This document shows, one piece after another, positions 59,069 through 64,000 of a stretch of DNA of 64,000 nucleotides (the first letter of the stretch is position 1; each line of letters opens with the position of its first letter). Below the pieces are notes generated by a model, which ran no database searches, was not told where the DNA came from, and worked only from the letters and a program-made list of their open reading frames with translations. The stretch is from Bacteroidia bacterium (lineage in GTDB: Bacteria > Bacteroidota > Bacteroidia > AKYH767-A > OLB10). The DNA is taken from NCBI GenBank assembly GCA_016788065.1, contig JAEUTI010000077.1, positions 98,628-162,627 of the forward strand, written 5' to 3'. The translations under genes and the position numbers were made by a program.

Positions 59069-59827
59069 TTAGCGGTCGCCGCTGATAAAACCACCGAGCA
59101 TTCCTCCCAGTCCACGTGACTCTTCTCTGCCGCCACCAAAGCGCGATGCAGCAAGAATTCTGTCTGCTATGCGTGAGAATGGAAGACTTTGCAAATAAAC
59201 AGTTCCGGGACCGCGTAAATGTGCCAGAAAGAGCCCTTCACCACCAAATAAGGCATTCTTAAAACCACCTACAAATTTGATGTCGTAGTCAACTGTTGGA
59301 GCAAATGCTACCAGACAGCCGGTATCTACCCGTAAGGTTTCCCCTTGCTGCAATTCTCTCTTAATGATGGTTCCACCAGCATGAATAAAACAATGGCCAT
59401 CCCCTTTCAGTTCCTGAAGAATGAAGCCCTCACCACCGAACAATCCGGCCCCTATTTTTTTAGTGAAGGCAATTGTGATATCGATTCCCTGTGCAGCACA
59501 AAGAAAACCATCTTTCTGACACAGAAAGGAACCACCAAAAGTCATCGGATTGATGTCTATAATTTTTCCGGGATAAGGAGCCGCAAAGGCAGCTTTTCTC
59601 TTACCGGTTCCACCATTAGAAAATGAGGTAATGAAGAAGCTTTCACCGGTGATCATTCTTTTTAATCCGCTGAAAATTCCACCTCCGGTTGAAGTTTCCA
59701 TAACAATACCTTCTTCCATAAAAAGCATGGAACCAACTTCTGCTCTTACTCCTTCACCCGGATCCATCTCAACTTCTACAACCTGAATGTCATCTCCAAG
59801 GATACGGTAATCTATTTCATGTGCCAT
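59069..59827 (-). CDS. TIGR00266 / AIM24 (DUF124) family protein
   Basis: MAHEIDYRILGDDIQVVEVEMDPGE ... GESFF ... GGEGFILQ.L.G.G ... GGEGLFL..L.GPG.V.LQSLP. The ATG at 59827 is preferred over the track's longer start at 59914. Confidence 0.75.
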   Translation of the reverse strand: MAHEIDYRILGDDIQVVEVEMDPGEGVRAEVGSMLFMEEGIVMETSTGGGIFSGLKRMITGESFFITSFSNGGTGKRKAAFAAPYPGKIIDINPMTFGGSFLCQKDGFLCAAQGIDITIAFTKKIGAGLFGGEGFILQELKGDGHCFIHAGGTIIKRELQQGETLRVDTGCLVAFAPTVDYDIKFVGGFKNALFGGEGLFLAHLRGPGTVYLQSLPFSRIADRILAASRFGGGREESRGLGGMLGGFISGDR

Positions 59828-59894
59828 AATTTGCGTTTTTAACAGTTTTGTATTACTTTTAGATTGTCTTAACAGTAAAATGCAATTATAAGCA

Positions 59895-60236
59895 ATGGCA
59901 TTAAAAAGGAGCACATTTGGTATTTTATTTTTTTGCCTTTTTGGCGGAAGTGCCCTTGCTCAGCAACAAAAGCAACCCGACATCTTTAAAGATGCTGATG
60001 GCAATACCTATCATCAGTTATTCCTCGATTTTAAAGCAACGGAGTTGTTGAAATTGAATTATACAATTGATGAATCACCTGTGGATGGTGTTCTTTCAAC
60101 AGACGGATATTCCATTATTATTAAAAATTACCCCGGCGACAAATCGGTGAAGGCATTGGTTAAAGATGAATCAGGAGTGGAAAAGGAAATCACCAAAGGC
60201 AGGTGCTTTATTGATCCAATTATTTTACAACTTTAA
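59895..60236 (+). CDS. Small secreted hypothetical protein
   Basis: 113 aa, signal peptide FFCLFGGSALA-QQ, no recognisable motif. Confidence 0.5.
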   Translation: MALKRSTFGILFFCLFGGSALAQQQKQPDIFKDADGNTYHQLFLDFKATELLKLNYTIDESPVDGVLSTDGYSIIIKNYPGDKSVKALVKDESGVEKEITKGRCFIDPIILQL

Positions 60237-61856
60237 TCAAAGTCCCATTACAGGCCTGTCCTTTGGATGTTTTACAGAGAAACTCAGTTTCTTTTTCACT
60301 TGCTGGCCCGGAGCTATTTCCAATTTCCAGGTAATTTTGCCTGTTTCAGCATTCAGTTCTCCTCCTGAGAAATCAATTGCCTTCACTTCTATTTCCTTAT
60401 CCTGAGAAACCGGAATTTGCTCTTCCACTAAAATGGTCACCGATTCCTTCCTGTTATTTTTCAGGGAAGTCTCGTAGGTATAATTTCTGGTTCTGTTACT
60501 TCCGATGAATTGATTTCCTGCACTCTCTTTTAACTTTTCACGCTTCACAATGATTCTCTGGTCTCTTCCTAAAGAAATCACCAGAGTGTCATTCAGGGTG
60601 TTTGGATCAAGGGAAGTGCCTCCTACGAATGTGTTTTCGAAGTAAATATTTGCAGGTCCCTGTCTGAAGTCAAAATCCTGCCAACCAGTTATCGATGCAA
60701 CCAGGAAGGCTTCCCTTTCAATCTTAGGAACAGCAAAATAGGAATACTTTGCAGGAAGTATATCTTTCTTTATTTCAATAGCTATGGGATTGTTACTTGA
60801 AGTAATAGTGTAAGGTAAAGCGATATCGTATTCAGTACTCAACTGACCTTCAGATGCTGTTACCCATTGGTAAATGGCACCTGCTTCAACCTGCAATTCA
60901 ACAGCACCCGATGGCATGGCAAGCATAGATTCCTTGAATTTTCGGTCATCGTTTTTTCTTTGTTCTGATTTAATCATTACCTGAGGCTGGAAATTCAAGT
61001 ACCACGGATTTAAAGTTGGTTTGTCGCTGCCTGCAGCTGGGTTACCGGTACTTAAACGCACTTTCACCTGGTTCCAGTCTTCACCGGTATTTTGAGTTAC
61101 CATTGCCTTGTAGAGTAGTTCGACCGGACTATCAGCTGATTTAACACGGATATCGTATTGTGGAGTCCACGAAACATTTCCAACGAAATAGCTGACCTTG
61201 AAATTACCCGAGGTTTTGGCATTTGCTGAAACGGAAACCCGAATAGTTGAAAAGGGTTCATTACGGGTTGCATTCAATTGTGCTAGTTGCTGATTGATAC
61301 GGTCAATTTGTTTCTTCAATCCGGTGTTTTTCGAATTGATAGCACCCATCCTATTCCTGATTTCAAGAATTCGGTTGCTCACATAGGTAGAAATGCTTTT
61401 CAGGTCCTCCAGCTTCACACCGGTATTTGTGCCTCCCACATTTTTATTTGCGAGCAATACATTTTGTTCTTCCTGTAAGGCAGCAATCTGATTTGAATTG
61501 CCATCAAAAATAGCCTGTAGTTTTTCCAGGGAATCTTCCAGTGCAACCATTTCTCCGGTTTTACGATCGGGACCGAGGTAATCGAGTTGATGCGCAACAT
61601 TAAGGATAATGAAATCACCGGTGGCAGTAACTGAGATGCTGGCCAAATCAATGGATGCCGGCAAATTTTCAAACTTCAGTTCTGAATAGCCGGCAGGAAT
61701 TGATACGGTTGCTGACCGCTGTATAATAGCCCCATTGGTAAAAACAGTTACCTGATTTATTTCTGTTTTGCTCACATAAATGGTTTCAGCAAAACTTATG
61801 AATGGCACAATAAGTCCGGTTAAACAAACCAGACTTTTTTTCAGGAAAATGTTCAT
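60237..61856 (-). CDS. DUF4139 / TIGR02231 (mucoidy-inhibitor MuiA-like) family secreted protein
   Basis: Signal peptide, N-terminal V.VF..GA.I.R motif (DUF4140-like), a central coiled coil (LQEEQ...L...IDRINQQLAQL) and a beta-rich C-terminal half. Confidence 0.7.
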   Translation of the reverse strand: MNIFLKKSLVCLTGLIVPFISFAETIYVSKTEINQVTVFTNGAIIQRSATVSIPAGYSELKFENLPASIDLASISVTATGDFIILNVAHQLDYLGPDRKTGEMVALEDSLEKLQAIFDGNSNQIAALQEEQNVLLANKNVGGTNTGVKLEDLKSISTYVSNRILEIRNRMGAINSKNTGLKKQIDRINQQLAQLNATRNEPFSTIRVSVSANAKTSGNFKVSYFVGNVSWTPQYDIRVKSADSPVELLYKAMVTQNTGEDWNQVKVRLSTGNPAAGSDKPTLNPWYLNFQPQVMIKSEQRKNDDRKFKESMLAMPSGAVELQVEAGAIYQWVTASEGQLSTEYDIALPYTITSSNNPIAIEIKKDILPAKYSYFAVPKIEREAFLVASITGWQDFDFRQGPANIYFENTFVGGTSLDPNTLNDTLVISLGRDQRIIVKREKLKESAGNQFIGSNRTRNYTYETSLKNNRKESVTILVEEQIPVSQDKEIEVKAIDFSGGELNAETGKITWKLEIAPGQQVKKKLSFSVKHPKDRPVMGL

Positions 61857-61912
61857 GGCTTATGAATTATATAGGATTATGAAAGTTGTCATGAACCGGG
61901 AAGAACCTCAGT

Positions 61913-64000
61913 TTACTTCTGATTCAACAGATCTTTCATGCGTTTAAGTTCAATCGAGTAATTGGATTCGGTGAGACTGGTATTATTCTTAAAGTAAAAA
62001 ATACCACCCCAATTGTAAACCACCTTACTGAAGACCTCTTGTGTTGTTGCTTTTCTGATAACGGTACGATAGATGGTTCTGTTAGACTCAGGCAGGGTTT
62101 CTTCTGAGATTCCTTCAGGATAATCTTTATCGATGGTAGGCAATGCAGCGGTGTTACGGGTGTCTTTGCTTGCGGCAGAATCTTTCTCAGCCTGTGCAGC
62201 TTTTGCATAGGATTCTTTCAATGCTTCAATATCACGTTTACGTTTTTCTTCCGCATCTCGTAAAGCTTGTTGTTTTGCACGTTCAATTTCAGCAAGACGG
62301 GCTGCTTCATCAGCCTTCTTAATACTATCGGCAGTTGCTTTTGCCTGTGCTTCTGCTAAAATGCGGGCTTTTTCTTCAGCTGCAAGGCGTAATTTTTCCT
62401 CTGCTGCCAATCTGGCTTTTTCAGCTTCGGCAGCACGGGCCTGTGCCTCTGCTTCAAGACGTGCTTTTTCAGCAGCCTCTTTCTTAGCTTTTTCTTCAGC
62501 CAGGATTCGGGCCTTCTCCTCCGCTTCAGCTTTTGCCTTTGCTTCTGCTTCTGCTTTGGCCTTAGCTTCGGCCTCTTTTTTCGCTTGTGCTTCTGCTGCT
62601 AAACGTGCTTTTTCATCTGCTTCAGCCTTAGCTTTTGCTTCAGCCTCCAAACGTGCTTTTTCCGCTGCTTCAGCTTTAGCTTTTGCCTCTGCCTCCAGTC
62701 GTTCTTTTTCTTCAGCCTCGGCACGCGCTTTGGCTTCTGCTTCTGCCTTAGCTTTAGCCTCGGCTTCTAATCGTGCTTTTTCTTTGGCATCAGCTTCAGC
62801 ACGGGCTTTAGCTTCTGCTTCTAAACGGGCTTTTTCAGCGGCTTCAGCTTTTGCTTTTGCTTCGGCTTCCAATTTTGCCTTTTCTTCTGCTTCTGCTTTG
62901 GCTTTAGCATCAGCCTCAGCTTTTGCCTTTGCTTCCGCTTCAAGACGCGCTTTTTCCTTAGCTTCTGCTTCTATACGAGCTTTAGCTTCTGCCTCCAGGC
63001 GAGCTTTTTCCTCTGCTGCCAGGCGTGCTTTTTCTTCCGCATCTGCCTTAGCTTTTGCTTCAGCTTCTATTCTTGCTTTTTCTTCTGCTTCTTTCTTTGC
63101 CTGTGCTTCAGCCGCTAATCGTGCTTTTTCTTCAGCAGCCAATCTGGCTTTCTCTTCAGCATCTGCTTTTGCTTTCGCCTCTGCTTCCAATTTTGCTTTC
63201 TCTCTTGCTTCAGCATCTGCTTTAGCCTTAGCCTCTGCTTCCAGACGTGCTTTTTCCTTAGCTTCAGCTTGCAAACGAGCTTGCTCCTGTGCTTCAAGTC
63301 TTGCTTTCTCAGCTGCTGCAGCACGGGCTAATTCATCTGCTTCTTTTTTCGCTTTTGCTTCTGCCAGTAACTGTTGTCTTTCGGCTTCTCTTGCCTGTGC
63401 AATAGAGTCTTCACGGGCCTTGGCCAGAGCCTTTAAACGGGCTTGCTCTTCGGCTACTTCGCGTTGCATGATAGAATCGCGTCGTGCCTTTTCAATGGCA
63501 GCAAAACGTGCTTGTTCAAGTTCTGCAGCTTTTGCTTTCGCCTCTTCTTCTTTTTTCAGACGAGCTGCTTCTGCCAGTTCCTTGGCGCGGGCGGCCTTTT
63601 CTTCATTAACCTTCGCCAGTGAATCGGCTTTTGCACGCGTGCGGGCCAATTCTTCTTCTTGCTTTTTACGTGCAAGTTCTGCCTGCATCTCCTGTTTCAC
63701 CTTTTCCAACTCCGATTTTCTGGCGCTTGTATAGTTTGAGTCGTAATCAAAGTCATCAACTGCTTCACTGTATCCCAATTTAGCTACCGGTTTAGAAATC
63801 CCTTCCGGCTCGGCCACTCCTTCTACCTTTTGAAAAAGATCGATTTTGAATTTGTAGGAATATATCTGGTCTTTACTTTCTTCAGGAACTTTGGTGTCTA
63901 ATTCAACTGTTTTGGAAATGCTTCCGTTTTTCGAAAAAATAATTACATAATTATTGCCAAGCTCCAGATTTACAATAAATTTCCCACTGGCGTTGGTACT
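61913..64000 (-). CDS. Large Ala/Glu/Lys/Arg-rich helical repeat protein; its 5' end runs off the right edge
   Basis: The frame stays open from the track's GTG (63817) to position 64000. Manual translation there gives STNASGKFIVNLELGNNYVIIFSKNGSISKTVELD, a CarboxypepD_reg-like beta-sandwich pattern. About 510 residues of EAKAKAEAEEKARLEAEAKA-type sequence follow, then a C-terminal domain of about 75 aa (YRTVIRK...YNWGGIFYFKNN). Confidence 0.7.
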   Translation of the reverse strand, partial: STNASGKFIVNLELGNNYVIIFSKNGSISKTVELDTKVPEESKDQIYSYKFKIDLFQKVEGVAEPEGISKPVAKLGYSEAVDDFDYDSNYTSARKSELEKVKQEMQAELARKKQEEELARTRAKADSLAKVNEEKAARAKELAEAARLKKEEEAKAKAAELEQARFAAIEKARRDSIMQREVAEEQARLKALAKAREDSIAQAREAERQQLLAEAKAKKEADELARAAAAEKARLEAQEQARLQAEAKEKARLEAEAKAKADAEAREKAKLEAEAKAKADAEEKARLAAEEKARLAAEAQAKKEAEEKARIEAEAKAKADAEEKARLAAEEKARLEAEAKARIEAEAKEKARLEAEAKAKAEADAKAKAEAEEKAKLEAEAKAKAEAAEKARLEAEAKARAEADAKEKARLEAEAKAKAEAEAKARAEAEEKERLEAEAKAKAEAAEKARLEAEAKAKAEADEKARLAAEAQAKKEAEAKAKAEAEAKAKAEAEEKARILAEEKAKKEAAEKARLEAEAQARAAEAEKARLAAEEKLRLAAEEKARILAEAQAKATADSIKKADEAARLAEIERAKQQALRDAEEKRKRDIEALKESYAKAAQAEKDSAASKDTRNTAALPTIDKDYPEGISEETLPESNRTIYRTVIRKATTQEVFSKVVYNWGGIFYFKNNTSLTESNYSIELKRMKDLLNQK
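62185..63718 (-). repeat. Coding low-complexity region (A/E/K/R repeats); the most regular core is about 62333-63370
   Basis: The coding strand is purine-rich (GAA/GCA/AAA/GCT codons). It contains irregular 16-24-aa EKARLEAEAKAKAEA-type units. Confidence 0.85.

Noticed and set aside
62361-63734. A 457-aa + strand ORF (ASASAFAFASAS... composition) opposite the Ala/Glu/Lys repeat gene.
   Set aside because: It is a mirror artefact. The reverse complement of GAA/GCA/AAA/GCT-rich codons has no stop codons and reads as Ala/Ser/Phe. It has no start context and no domain, and the minus-strand frame has the coherent protein architecture.

Overview
This 64-kb window is densely coded: about 60 genes, and roughly 95% coding by my tally of intergenic gaps. 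It reads as core chromosome of a Bacteroidota bacterium. The evidence is TAnnTTTG -7 promoter boxes in most gaps, few Shine-Dalgarno sequences, dnaA / LMW-PTP / TP-methylase synteny, three tandem FKBP lipoproteins (one GldI-like) and a large secreted S8 protease.

Contents from left to right:
- An S8 protease (partial), a fatty-acid hydroxylase, lpxH and a 1000-aa M1 peptidase.
- A Crp/Fnr regulator with a DUF2892 gene.
- A Wza/Wzc exopolysaccharide locus: AsnB-like gene, GT4, Wza, Wzc, rfbC, a WecA-like gene and a lytic transglycosylase.
- uvrB, an M48 protease with a vWA membrane protein, and a LolD-like ATPase.
- selD-mnmH, pdxH, dapA and ligA.
- An orphan histidine kinase with a kinase-less paralogue.
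- prmC, then ribD coupled to a DMT transporter.
- A split 5'-nucleotidase, dnaA, the FKBP trio, ndk and recF.
- A TPR-ComA-rhodanese-aroE block.
- At the right edge, a cluster of uncharacterised envelope proteins ending in a protein with about 510 residues of Ala/Glu/Lys-rich helix (partial).

I found no rRNA or tRNA genes, CRISPR arrays, transposases or integrases, prophage genes, or recognisable defence or toxin-antitoxin genes. I cannot point to a clear novel system.

The best leads are:
- The right-edge envelope cluster, whose repeats are scrambled at the codon level.
- The ComA-rhodanese sulfonate module.
- The kinase plus kinase-less paralogue pair.
- The ribD-coupled DMT transporter.
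- The order-swapped split 5'-nucleotidase, whose halves carry Sec and Tat signals.
- The M1 peptidase with a beta-rich C-terminal half.
- Four genes whose -7 promoter box sits 4-5 nt from the start codon, which suggests leaderless mRNAs.

All functional calls come from motif recognition by eye. No database search was possible.
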